This document shows, in pieces, positions 1 through 12,824 of a stretch of 64,000 nucleotides of DNA. A program made the position numbers and the translations under genes. The DNA is taken from the NCBI RefSeq assembly GCF_947568905.1, contig NC_079172.1:60202001-60266000 (forward strand). Reading direction: 5' to 3'. Position 1 is the first letter of the stretch, and each line of letters begins with the position of its first letter. The notes beneath the pieces were generated by a model. It ran no database searches, had not been told where the DNA came from, and saw only the letters and a program-made list of their open reading frames with translations. The stretch is from Ostrea edulis. Lineage: Eukaryota.

Positions 1-184
1 ATAGAATTCCAAATTTAAGGTCACAGTGACCTACTTTTGGGTCACAACACACCTTTCTCTTAAGATGCATCAACTGACCAAGTTTGATAGTCCTGTGCCT
101 CACAGTATGATAAATATGACCCAAACACAAGAAAGCTAACAGATGAACAGAAGGCAAAACATAATATGCCCCATCAAAAGCCAT

Positions 185-2535
185 TTAACAAATCAAAGTA
201 GAACTTAATCTCTAGACGAAAGTCATTTAACAAATTAAAACAGAATTTACATCCCTAGACAAAAACCATATAACAAATCAAACTAGAATTTACATCCCTA
301 GACAAAACCATATAACAAGTCAAAGTAGAATTTACATCTCTAGACAAAAACCATATAACAAGTCAAACTAGAATTTACATCCCTAGACAAAAACCATATA
401 ACAAGTCAAACTAGAATTTACATCCCTAGACAAAAACCATAAAACAAGTCAAAGTAGAATTTACATCCCTAAACAAAAACCATATAACAAGACAAAGTAG
501 AATTTACATCCCCAGACAAAAACCATATAACAAGTTAGACTAGAATTTACATCCCTATACAAAAACCATATAACAAGACAAAGTAGAATTTACATCCCTA
601 AACAAAAACGATATAACTTGTCAAAGTAGAATTTACATCCCTAAACAAAAACATATAACAAGTCAGAGTAGAATTTACATCCCTATACAAAAACCATATA
701 ACAAGACAAAGTAGAATTTACATCCCTAAACAAAAACCATATAACAAGTCAAAGTAGAATTTACATCCCTAAACAAAAACCATATAACAAGACAGAGTAG
801 AATTTACATCCCTAAACAAAACCATCTAACAAGACAGAGTAGAATTTACATCCCTATACAAAAACCATATAACAAGTCAAAGTACAATTTACATCCTTAA
901 ACAAAAACCATATAACAAGACAGAGTAGAATTTACATCCGTAAACAAAACCATATAACAAGTCAGACTAGAATTTACATCCCTAAACAAAAACCATATAA
1001 CAAGTCAAAGTAGAATTTACATCCCTAAACAAAAACCATATAACAAGTCAGAGTAGAATTTACATCCCTAAACAAAAGCCATATAACAAGTCAGAGTAGA
1101 ATTTACATCCCTAAATAAAACCATATAACAAGTCAGAGTAGAATTTACATCCCTAAACAAAAACCATATAACAAGTCAGAGTAGAATTTACATCCCTAAA
1201 CAAAAACCATATAACAAGTCAGAGTAGAATTTACATCCCTCACCAAAAACCATATAACAAGTCAAAGTAGAATTTACATCCCTAAACAAAAACCATATAA
1301 CAAGTCAAACTAGAATTTACATCCCTAAACAAAAACAATATAACAAGTCAGACTAGAATTTACATCCCTAAACAAAACCATATAACAAGACAGAGTAGAA
1401 TTTACATCCCTAGACAAAAACCATATAACAAGTCAAAGTAGAATTTACACCCCTAAACTAAAACCATACAACTAGTCAGAGTAGAATTTACATCCCTAAA
1501 CAAAACCATATAACAAGACAGAGTAGAATTTACATCCCTAAACAAAATCCATATAACAAGTCAGAGTAGAATTTACATCCCTAAACAAAAACCATATAAC
1601 AAGTCAAAGTAGAATTTACATCCCTAAACAAAACCATACAACTAGTCAGAGTAGAATTTACATCCCTAAACAAAACCATATAACAAGTCAGACTAGAATT
1701 TACATCCCTAAACAAAACCATATAACAAGACAGAGTAGAATTTACATCCCTATAGACAAAAACCATATAACAAGTCAGAGTAGAATTTATATCCCTAAAC
1801 AAAAACCATATAACAAGTCAAAGTAGAATTTACATCCCTAAACTAAAACCATACAACTAGTCAGAGTAGAATTTACATCCCTATATCCCTACACAAAAAC
1901 CATATAACAAGACAGAGTAGAATTTACATCCCTAAACAAAAACCATATAACAAGTCAAAGTAGAATTTACATCCCTAAACAAAACCATATAACAAGTCAG
2001 ACTAGAATTTATATCCCTAGACAAAACCATATAACAAGTCAGAGTAGAATTTACATCCCTAGACAAAAACCATATAACAAGACAAAGAAGAATTTACATC
2101 CCTAAACAAAAACCATATAACAAGTCAAAGTAGAATTTACATCCCTAAACAAAAACGATATAACAAGACAAAGTAGAATTTACATCCCTAAACTAAAACC
2201 ATACAACTAGTCAGAGTAGAATTTATATCCCTACACAAAAACCATATAACAAGACAGAGTAGAATTTACATCCCTAGACAAAAACCATATAACAAGTCAA
2301 AGTAGAATTTACATCCCTAAACTAAAACCATACAACTAGTCAGAGTAGAATTTATATCCCTACACAAAAACCATATAACAAGACAGAGTAGAATTTACAT
2401 CCCTAGACAAAAACCATATAACAAGTCAAAGTAGAATTTACATCCCTAAACTAAAACCATACAACTAGTCAGAGTAGAATTTACATCCCTAAACAAAACC
2501 ATATAAGAAGACAGAGTAGAATTTACATCCCTAGA
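185..2535. repeat. 42-43-bp minisatellite, ~54 copies
   Basis: Unit TAGAATTTACATCCCTAAACAAAAACCATATAACAAGTCAGAG; period measured from 1141 to 1184. Confidence 0.97.
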
Positions 2536-2616
2536 CGAAATAGATTTCAAAATTCTAGTTCAATAGCATGCTAAGTACAGTATATGACTTTACTCAATGG
2601 ACATGCATAAGACTCA

Positions 2617-3310
2617 AAGTAGAAAGGGAAAATTGCTTTTTCCCCATTTATCTCCCTCTTTCCTACACATCTTTTATTCCCCTTTTCTACACATTTCTTT
2701 TCCCCTTTTCTACACAGTTCTTTTCCCGGGCCTTTCCTACACATCTCCAGCTTTCTACACTTTCCTTCCCTCTTTTCTACACATCTCTAGCTTTCTACAC
2801 ATTTCTTTTCCCCTTTCCTACACATCTCCAGTTTTCTACACAATTCTTTTCCCCTTTCCTACACATCTCCAGCTTTCTACACTTTTCCTTCCCTCTTTCC
2901 TATACATCTCTAGCTTTCTACACATTTCTTTTCCCCTTTACTACACATCTCAAGCATTCTACACAATTCTTTTCCCCTTTCCTACATATCTCCAGCTTTC
3001 TACACTTTTCTTTTCCCCTTTCCTACACATCTCCAGCTTTCTACACAATTCTTTTCCCCTTTTCTACACATCTCCAGCTTTCTACACAATTCTTTTCCCC
3101 TTTTCTACACATCTCCAGCTTTCTACACAATTCTTTTGCCCTTTCCTACACATCTCCAGCTTTCTACACAATTCTTTTCCCCTTTTCTACACATCTCCAG
3201 CTTTCTACACTTTTCTTTTCCCCTTTCCTACACATCTCCAGCTTTCTACACTTTTCTTTTCCCCTTTTCTACACATCTCTAGCTTTCTACACATTTCTTT
3301 TCCCCCTTTC
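2617..3310. repeat. 41-bp CT-rich minisatellite
   Basis: Unit CTCCAGCTTTCTACACAATTCTTTTCCCCTTTTCTACACAT; period measured from 3031 to 3072. Confidence 0.95.
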
Positions 3311-3696
3311 TATAGTTTTACAGCTTTTACATCTATCTGGAGGCTATTTCCCTTTTTTCAATGCCCACTTTTTCAATTTCCCTCTACACATTCAGCTCTC
3401 TTGCCCTTTCTCTATATATTTCTTTTCCCTCCTTCCCACATCATCTTTATGTGAACAGGATATTGGAATAAAAAAAGGTCAAGGTTAGAATGAAAAACTG
3501 TATTACCTGTTTATGTAAGCGTTTCTGCAAAAACAAATAGTTTTATCACAAGATGAGTATAGTTCACTACAAGATTGAGGTTTTATAGTGTTGTATACAC
3601 AACATAAAGGATTATCAAGCATGTTACTGCAGCAGAATATAACGAAGTTAGAGATATTAATTTTGAGTTACTAAAGATCCCATCAGTAGAATTAGA

Positions 3697-4166
3697 CTAC
3701 ATGTATATTTCCATGGAAACCAAAACTGCTACCTTTTTATGACGCCTGGGCCTGCTTTTCCTTTGTTTCAGTAACACCTGGTCATCCTCTTTCTCCTCAA
3801 ATGTCGAGAGGACAATTTTTGGCACCGTGACATTGCTGGGAGTGACAGGTGATTTTTTCTGGTTCTCCGGGTTCTGTGATTTGGAGGCCGGCCTGCTTTC
3901 TTCTCTCCTGGTCAGTTCCTTCAGAGATCGCTCGGAATTGGACATGGAGGTTGTCCCTGACTGTTTGTCATATGACCTCATTTCTATGGAGTCACTGTTG
4001 GCATCTGAGGTTGGGGTGGAGGAGACTTTCCTGTTGCGAGGTCGGAAGAGGTCCTTGAGTTTTCCGAATGGATTTCGAGTAGATTCAGACTTTTTAACCT
4101 TTGGTCGCCTGTTTGTGATATTGCTAGCTTTGATTCCCATTTTCTCTTCCAATAATCTTACACATT
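3697..4166 (-). CDS. ANKRD55: ANKRD55-like terminal exon 9 (disordered S/K/R-rich tail)
   Basis: tgacag|AATGT in phase 1 gives (E)CVRLLEEKMG...EIYM*, with TAG at 3697-3699. The ATG of the ORF-track entry 3697..4182 is intronic. Confidence 0.85.
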
Positions 4167-5309
4167 CTGTCAATATATACAATTAGAATTTTTATCCTCA
4201 ATAAACATTATAATTTAAACTAGGATTGTTCGACCTAAAAATTAGCCAGCCAAAAAGTCCATAAACAAGAATATATATGAACTTAAAAATTTCTCCTAGG
4301 TGTGGATTTTGTGCATTCATTAAGAAATATATCAATGGCGTTGCCGACTTGAAATTCAGTAAAGTGTTTATTTCAATTGTGTATTTAGTGATTAATATCC
4401 GTTAGCATACTGAATTTGTAAATCATGCTATTTTGCAAAATGATGGGATATTACATGAATGTAACAAATGAACATGATGGAAAGAAACTGAAATATAAAG
4501 AGTAAAGGTGTATGACTCTTTAGTAATATCTACATAGGTAAGAACATATTTGTACATTGTTATCTTATTTTTTAAACATGTTTATTGACAGAACTGTTAT
4601 TGATACTTAGTTTGTGTTGAATATGCATAATATGATATTTTACGAGATATTCTTTCTGATGCTGATGGTGAGCTGTCATTGATTTTGTTTTTACTTTGAT
4701 CATTGTCAGGCAATATAAATTTTAAATTACCTACATTGCCTAACGAGAGTTTTATTAGCAGATCTTTATGGATTAATCAATACAAATAAACAGTTATATC
4801 TTTCCTTGAAGTTTGGCTACAATTCCTTTCCTATTATACAGTGTAATATCCTATTCTCATAAATAAATACAGACATAAATGAACGAAACATTATCTACCG
4901 ATGTTTTATTCATGGCTTAGTGGGTATTTTTACAGTGATTGAGCACTAGGTTTTATCATTACACATCAGGTTCAGCACAACATTAGGGGGTTACGTCCAT
5001 GGAAACCCAACTCTGTCACTAGATATAATTCCAAAACTAAAAGGACCCGTTAAATCATCACTAGGAACATTGATTTCTAATGAGAAAATCGAAACAATGA
5101 CTGGAGAGAATTGTACCTTAACATGACTGATCTACTGCTTACTTCTGCCTGTGTCATTGTGAAACATATTTATGTCATTGTGAAACATATTTATGTCATT
5201 GTGAAACATACTTATGGCTGGGGCCAAACAATTTTGATTTGTTATAAATCCAAGGAGTCTACAATATTTTAAAACAAGGGGAAAAGAAAATCACTTTGCT
5301 GTGGTTTGG

Positions 5310-5540
5310 ATTTATTATAAGTGTTATAGCTGTAACCGTATTTTATTGTTAGCATGAATTCATTAAGTTTTCACTGTAACTGTGTTTTACTGTAAGCATG
5401 AATTCATTATAAGTGTTTTCACTGTAACTGTGTTTTACTATAAGCATGAATTCATTATAAGTATTTTAGCTATAACCGTTGTTTACTGTAAGCATGAATT
5501 CATTATAAGGGTGTTCACTATAACCGCGTTTACTGACTAG
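5310..5540. repeat. ~48-bp tandem repeat, 4-5 copies
   Basis: GCATGAATTC recurs at 5352, 5396, 5444 and 5492. Confidence 0.85.
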
Positions 5541-5660
5541 GTCTAATTCAGCTAGCTCTACACACTGTATTTTTGTCAATGGCCTGTTCCTTGTAATTCA
5601 GTGGATTTAAACAGCAAGGGGATTTAAACAGCGAGGGGATTTAAACAGCCTATGACGTAC

Positions 5661-5797
5661 CTCTGTGACCAGTCTGCTTGGCGTAGTCTAGCGGGGTCCC
5701 TCCTTCAATGTCTGAAGGGTTGGGGGTGACTCCCATATTAAGTAGCACACTGACACATTGAGAGTGCCCCATAGCTGCTGCCCAATGAAGTGGGGTC
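5661..5797 (-). CDS. ANKRD55: ANKRD55-like exon 8
   Basis: tttcag|G...AGAG|gtacgt, 137 nt. Encodes (R)TPLHWAAAMGHSQCVSVLLNMGVTPNPSDIEGGTPLDYAKQTGHR. Confidence 0.93.
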
Positions 5798-5885
5798 CTG
5801 AAAGATAATAATTTTATTTCGAAATGATGACTGGTAATATCATGGGTAGATTATGTAAATTAAGAAATGCTAATTTGTTATCTTT

Positions 5886-6073
5886 NNNNNNNNNNNNNNN
5901 NNNNNNNNNNNNNNNNNNNNNNNNNNNNNNNNNNNNNNNNNNNNNNNNNNNNNNNNNNNNNNNNNNNNNNNNNNNNNNNNNNNNNNNNNNNNNNNNNNNN
6001 NNNNNNNNNNNNNNNNNNNNNNNNNNNNNNNNNNNNNNNNNNNNNNNNNNNNNNNNNNNNNNNNNNNNNNNNN
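5886..6073. other. Assembly gap (188 N) in ANKRD55-like intron 7
   Basis: Run of N beginning 3 nt into the intron after the exon-7 donor. Confidence 1.
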
Positions 6074-6076
6074 CAC

Positions 6077-6261
6077 CTGTCATCAGGATCTTCTGCCTCC
6101 AGATCAACCCCCTCAACACCGACCAGTTCCCGTAGCAACAGATAGTGACCAGCTGCCGCAGCATAGTGGAGGGCATTCTTGTTGCTGTTGTCTAACTGGT
6201 TGACAAGCTTGGGCCCCTTACAGCATTGTAACAGCAGGTGACAACACTCCACACTCCCTTT
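6077..6261 (-). CDS. ANKRD55: ANKRD55-like exon 7
   Basis: taacag|AAA...GACAG|gtg followed by the N gap, 185 nt. Encodes KGSVECCHLLLQCCKGPKLVNQLDNSNKNALHYAAAAGHYLLLRELVGVEGVDLEAEDPDD(R). Confidence 0.93.
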
Positions 6262-6345
6262 CTGTTAAGAAAGTTTTTTTTGTTATCACAAATTCAACAG
6301 CAATATCTACCAACTTCTTTTATTAATTTATGGAATATGCATCTA

Positions 6346-7334
6346 CAGTTGAATTTTGGTATCTTGAACACCAATATCTCGAATACCATGGATATGTCGA
6401 AGTGATTCAGAAGTCCCAAACACTTATTCTTTAAAGGGAAAGGCAACCTTAATCACATTGTTGTTTTTTTTAATAAAGTATCACTTACTGATATTGTGGA
6501 TTACAGTCTTTAACAACAAAAATCCTTGCTTAACAATTAAATCAATATTAATCTAACATGTATTTTAAATTACCCGCCGCTAAGAGAGCGGCCATTGATG
6601 TTTAATTTATGATGTCACACCGTCTGTTCCGGTTTATTTCATTAGTAGCACTGTAAACATGACAAGTCACGAACAGTTAAGTTTTGAGTCGTATAGATTT
6701 GAGCCTGTTCTTTTGCAAGAAGAAATTGAGAAAAGACAATCAGTCGAGTCACAGACCAGACAGATGGTAAACATTTCTTCATACAAATGTCTCGAACCTC
6801 AAATTGTCATTACGCAAATGATGGATCCACAGTTTATATAGTCTTTTCTTTTCAAGTGACATCGTTGGGTCGGGAATTTCGATAAAAAACTTTTTTCACA
6901 TCTCCCCTTTGCATTATAGTGTAATTAATCGCTCGACAGGAAGGTATCAACCTATCTATTCATAAGATCTACCACATGCATATCTTTGATGATCTTAGAA
7001 TCTCATCAAAACCGGAACAGACGGTATGACGTAAAATTTATTGATTTTTGTGGTCTTGAACACAAAAGACTTACACATCATGGCAGCCTCTATAGATTGC
7101 AGGAATTTCAATTCTTAACGTTTTCAAATTAGTACTGACACTTATTTAGGCCATATATCAACAGAATAGTATGACAAATCTTTATCATATGATTAATCCT
7201 ATCATTTAATTATCATGTAAAAATCTTTTGGGTCGTCTTTCCCTTTGAGTATATCACCCTCGATATCTCAAATCCTTGGATATCTCTAAGTTTTTTCTCA
7301 GTCCCATTGAGTTCAAGATATGAAGGTTTGACTG
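6346..7334. mobile_element. Tc1/mariner-type MITE (TA-CAGT...ACTG-TA) split by a nested insertion
   Basis: TA flanks and inverted ends CAGTTGAATTT...ATCTTGAAC / GTTCAAGAT...GGTTTGACTG. Its own sequence is 6346-6434 plus 7245-7334. Confidence 0.65.
6435..7244. mobile_element. 810-bp non-autonomous DNA transposon, Kolobok-like (TTAA target, AG...CT ends)
   Basis: TIR AGGGAAAGGCAACC / GGTCGTCTTTCCCT (12/14), flanks TTAA and TTGA. Superfamily inferred from the ends only. Confidence 0.6.
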
Positions 7335-7366
7335 TATCTTTTTTTTATTTTTATATCAAGCAAGTA

Positions 7367-7548
7367 CAGTAAAACACAAAGTGATCATGCTTATGGTAAA
7401 TTCACACTTTAGTTACAGTGAAGTGATTTTCATTCATGGTCAATTGGTAATTTAAAACATATTATGAATCTATTGGATATAACAAATTGCATTTATAATG
7501 AATCAAATTGTTCTTTCCCAACACTTTCACTATAAGCATGTTTTACTG
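7367..7548. mobile_element. Tc1/mariner-type MITE
   Basis: TA|CAGTAAAACA...TGTTTTACTG|TA. Confidence 0.7.
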
Positions 7549-7814
7549 TACATGTACTTGATTTGATGAAATTGGTGTTCCATATCAATTACGAGAATGT
7601 AAATTAGCAGTTGTTTCATTCCAAAGGACTAATTGATAAATATAGAAAAAGACTATAGATTTCATGTGGGAAAACTTCTCATGAATTACTGTAACTATTG
7701 TAGTAATTATTTTATGTTAATTCACAATAGGCCCATTATTGCAATGTTATGTAGAGACTCGGTGTATACATTTTCTTGTGGCGATTTACGCATGCAGCTA
7801 TATATAGCCCATGT

Positions 7815-8503
<689 letters not shown>

Positions 8504-8554
8504 CTATTTCAGGTGGTTTTTTTTTTACACATTTCATGGACTCTTCTAACCAAT

Positions 8555-8895
8555 CTATTTGCCAAATGGTTAAGAAGCATACTTCTCAACTGGGAGGTAC
8601 AGGGTTCAAATCTTATCCCACCTAACCTAAGACATTTAACATAAGCAGTGATTGTTCCTTCACCAACCACCTGGCATCAGAAATGAAAATCACCGGTCTT
8701 TTAGATATGGCCTAAAAGATGGAGGTAGCCCATGCCATGACAGTTGTTGGAACTTTGAAAGAACCCTTATTGCTAGAGTTCTGAGTGCCATGCATTCATT
8801 CAAATTTGTAGTACAAGTACTTCATCTACAGCTGGTGACGTCTCGACAATATGAGTGAAAAATTCTAAAATGAGATGTAATTTAAAAAAAACAAG
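8555..8895 (+). mobile_element. tRNA-head SINE (Deu/Nin-like core), diverged
   Basis: B box GGTTCAAATC, core and ACAGCTGGTGACGTCTC...ATATGAGTGAAAATTCT tail, shared with the copies at 12825 and 53850. Confidence 0.75.
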
Positions 8896-9224
8896 AGAGA
8901 AAACCTAAAAATCTACCTAGTCCAGTGTCGCTTGTCTATGAATTGAGCCCATTTGTATCCCAACATTGGACATTCCCAGTGTTTATGTAATATACATATC
9001 AGTAGCCACAAAATTATAAGTGTGAGTAGCTGTAGATATCGTAAACCTTTATATACAGATACTGATCTTGGTACATATTCATTTAATACAGTCCTTCATG
9101 AGTAATGTTTAAGTTCCTTCTTTTTAGTTTCCTCGGAATCCTTTTGAAGCAGAGAATTGCCTTTCACTATCCTGCAAGAAAGCCAAAATATTGATTGTTT
9201 TCAATTCACTAATCTTAGACATAC

Positions 9225-9285
9225 CTCATTATCTTGTATTGCCACTTCCTCCTTAGACAAGGTCTGCAGTAAAGCACCAATTATC
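9225..9285 (-). CDS. ANKRD55: ANKRD55-like exon 5
   Basis: ttgtag|G...GAG|gtatgt, 61 nt. Encodes (R)IIGALLQTLSKEEVAIQDNE. Phases fit both neighbours. Confidence 0.88.
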
Positions 9286-9514
9286 CTACAACAAAATTGT
9301 AATGTCATTATCTTAATAAGTATTCAAAGGTCTGCAGTAATGCACCAATTATCCTACAATGAAATTGTAATGTCATTATCTTAACAAGTATTCAATTATT
9401 CAATTTAAACATGACCAAACACTCTTCTCCAGAACATGTTGTTGAATGAATTTCTAGTGGTCACAAGCAGAGTAGTGTATTGTTGATGTCCATGAAAATA
9501 TTCCTTGTGAATAC

Positions 9515-9700
9515 TTAGAAATGACCGTTTTACCTGACGCTGTGAATGCTGGACTGTAGAAATGACCATTTTACCTGATGCTGTGAATACCGGACTGTAG
9601 AAATTACCGTTTTACCTGACGCTGTGAATACCGGGCTGTAGAAATGACCGTTTTACCTGACATTGTGAATACCGGACTGTAGAAATGATTTTACCTGACA
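9515..9700. repeat. ~41-bp minisatellite containing the exon-4 donor, 5 copies
   Basis: TTTTACCTGAC recurs five times; the last occurrence is the true junction. Confidence 0.9.
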
Positions 9701-9804
9701 TCTTTGTCGTAGGTGGAGGCGTGCAGTGGAGTCCTTCCAGATTTCTCAGCTATGCCCTGTTTGGCGCCCTTCCTGAGTAGATAGATGACTCCCTCAAACC
9801 AGCC
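9695..9804 (-). CDS. ANKRD55: ANKRD55-like exon 4
   Basis: acacag|GGC...GTCAG|gtaaaa, 110 nt. Encodes GWFEGVIYLLRKGAKQGIAEKSGRTPLHASTYDKDV(R); human is [31 protein letters not shown] (recalled). Confidence 0.93.
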
Positions 9805-9994
9805 CTGTGTAAGTATATGTGTAGATAATGGCTAATCAGCCAGAGAATTGTAGTCCTAAGTCATTCATATCTGATCTTACAACACCACTGTCTGTTGATA
9901 GTTTTCTTGAAAGTTACAAATGTCACACTGAATTCCAATTTTAGATTCAGTTCCTAATCAAGATGCAGTGTTGCCATGTTGTTTTAGTTACTGT

Positions 9995-10420
9995 TTTAGT
10001 AACTGATTGATTTACTGATTGAGTTACTGATTGAGTCATTGATTGAGTTACTGATTGATTTACTGATTGAGTCCTGATTGAGTTACTGATTGAGTCCTGA
10101 TTGAGTTACTGATTGAGTTATTGATTGAGTTATTTATTTAATAACTAATTGAGTAACTGATTGAGTCACTGATTGAGTTATTGATTGAGTAACTGATTGA
10201 GTCACTGATTGAATTAATGATTGAGTAACTGATCGAGTTTTTGATTGAATAACTGATTGAGTAGCTGATTCAGTAACTGATTGAGTTATTGATTGAGTAA
10301 CTGATTGAGTTATTCAGTAACTGATTGAGTTATTGATTTATTGACTTGCTGATTTAGTATCTGATAGAGTCACTGATTGATTGAGTTATTAATTTTGTAA
10401 CTGATGTACTTGCTGATTTC
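9995..10420. repeat. 12-bp-type degenerate repeat (ACTGATTGAGTT)
   Basis: Directly visible. Confidence 0.9.
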
Positions 10421-10759
10421 GTTAATAAGCTTTTGAGCATGACATATTTAGATATATGGACTGATGATTTGATAAATGACTTCATATCATTATTACAGGG
10501 ATTCACAGGTATTTCACTATGACAACACGTTTCTATATATTCTTAATAGGATGCTTATACGTGAAATATTATTCTTACTCACTAGATTTGTTGCTATGGT
10601 TACTGACTTATAGTCTTTCGAATAATGATGTGGTATATTTTATTGGTATTTGCCTTGATATTTAGGTATGTTAATGACTTGGTATGCTGCTACGGCTACT
10701 GACATAGTACATGTATGTTACTATGGCTACTGACTTGGTATGTTACTATGGTTACTCAC

Positions 10760-10890
10760 TTGGTATGTTGCCAGAGCCAATGGAGTCCTCCCTTGGCAAT
10801 CCTTGGTATTTATATTTCCTCCCATTTTGATGATTTGCTTCACAGCTTCCAACTCCTTTGACTTCACTGCATGTCCAAGGGGAGTTAAGC
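10760..10890 (-). CDS. ANKRD55: ANKRD55-like exon 3
   Basis: atacag|GC...CAA|gtgagt, 131 nt. Encodes GLTPLGHAVKSKELEAVKQIIKMGGNINTKDCQGRTPLALATYQ (ankyrin repeats). Confidence 0.93.
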
Positions 10891-11199
10891 CTGTATGGTA
10901 TAGTTAAGAGGGAATAAGAATAATTATGATCACTGACAGTTTGAACAATTGAGTTTGATTAGGTTATGAAACAGTGACTTTTCACACCAGCATGCTTTAC
11001 GTGGTGTGTTTGTGCTTCATGGAAAATACACTGTGTAGAAGTCCAGCCAACTGAACTTATCAGACCTGATACTTATTTACTGTCTCATCACACATAATTA
11101 TGTACACACAGCAACACAGTCTACTACCCTGGAGAAATTTGTACTGGGGTTTCTTGTGTAAGAAAATTGCTGTAAATGAATTATAGTGGTTAATTCAAT

Positions 11200-11700
11200 T
11201 ATTGCCATTGTAACTATGTGGCTAATTTAATGTATGCCATTGTAACTTTGAGGCTAATTTAATGATTGCCATTGTAACTTTGTGGCTAATTTAATGTATG
11301 CCATTATAACTTTGTGGCTAATTTAATGTATACCATTGTAACTTTGTGGCTAATTTAATGATTGCCATTGTAATGTTGTGGCTAATTTAATGTATGCCAT
11401 TGTAACTTTGTGGCTAATTTAATGTATCCCATTGTAACTTTGTGGCTAATTTAATGTATGTCATTGTAACTTTGTGGCAAATTTTAATGTATGCCATTGT
11501 AACTTTGTGGCTAATTTAATGTATGCCATAGTAACTTTGTGGCTAATTTAATGTATGCCATTGTAACTTTGTGGCTAATTTAATGTATGCCAATTGTAAC
11601 TTTGTGGCTAATTTAATGTATGCCAATTGTAACTCTGTGGCTAATTTAATGTATGCCAATTGTAACTTTGTGGCTAATTTAATGTATGCCATTGTAACTT
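11200..11700. repeat. ~32-bp minisatellite
   Basis: Unit CTAATTTAATGTATGCCATTGTAACTTTGTGG. Confidence 0.95.
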
Positions 11701-12637
11701 CGTAATTTTAGATTTAAACTTTGCCATTGTACTGTCTTTCTAATTGTCCTTTTATGATCTAGCTCGTACGTCTAGGATTTCAGACTCATGTATTCCTCCT
11801 CACTGCGTGTGTCATTGAATGAGAAAATAAACATTAAGCCTTATCACTTTCCAAGCACTAAGTGGTTTGCAATGTGTGATATTGCCAAGAGCATAGATAC
11901 TATGGTAGAAAAGATTATGCTTTGTTTAATTTGCGCATTATATAAATTTTAAGAAGAAAAATATGAGATTGAAGAAAAATATAAAACTGCATGCAGAAAA
12001 CTGTTTATCAGTTTTCTCTGGTCTATTTCTTTAATGAGCTTTTACATTTTTTAATGGAAGACTTTCAGTTGTCATAGCAACAAACCAAACAGCTGTTTCC
12101 AAGGACCTACTTTGATTTTACATGATAAAGCCTGCAGGTAGTGTATTGATTTTTTTTCTGTTTTTTTTTTTTTTTATTATTATGAAACCATTTAAATCTT
12201 CAGGCAGTATCTATAAACCATATACCTATTGACACGGAGGATGGTAGGTGCTTAGTAGTGCTTAGTCTGAAATAAATATCACACACTTTTAATAATGGAT
12301 CACTTAACACGGAGAAAACATGACTGTCACATTATAAAGATTGTATACATCTTATACAATGATTCAAATCAATAAACATCAGATTAACGTCCCCAGACAT
12401 ATGAAAACTGACTGAGAAAATCTCATAACAGAGCAGGTGCCCCCTTTGTGTCAGGGGAGTGGCCTCCCCTTTCTTGTTAGTATTTATATGTGTATATCTA
12501 AATGCATCTGATTTATGCTATAAATTTTTTCAGAGGAGTATTTTTTGTTTGTTTGTATAGTGAGTATGTGAGTGGATCTACATCTTATTATAATTAGATT
12601 GGGTCCTGTCTCATTGAGACGACTACTCCTCTGAAAC

Positions 12638-12796
12638 AAAGGGAGATAATTACCACAACAGTGTGAGCTTTAGAGTCCCCGAATTAAAAATGACTAGAAA
12701 TGGACCAGAAAGCAATAATTGCTTTCTGGTCCATTTCTAGTCATTCTTAATTTGGGGACTCTAAAGCTCACACTGTTGTGGTAATTATCTCCCTTT
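12638..12796. repeat. 159-bp near-perfect palindrome (foldback/MITE-like)
   Basis: 78-bp arms, TAA loop, 2 mismatches, ends AAAGGGAGATAAT. Confidence 0.9.
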
Positions 12797-12824
12797 ATTT
12801 GCTTTATCGCCCCCTCCTCATTTA

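Noticed and set aside
2568-3488. 306-aa and 285-aa ORFs rich in F/S/L/H
   Set aside because: They are translations of a 41-bp (not 3n) CT-rich minisatellite that lacks stops by composition; both frames are open.
3827-4186. + strand ORFs overlapping the terminal ankyrin-gene exon; similar shadows over both PAQR genes
   Set aside because: Antisense shadows of real coding exons.
5886-6073. N gap starting 3 nt after the exon-7 donor as a further junction array
   Set aside because: Suggestive, since collapsed repeats often cause gaps, but the sequence is missing. Gap filling is needed.
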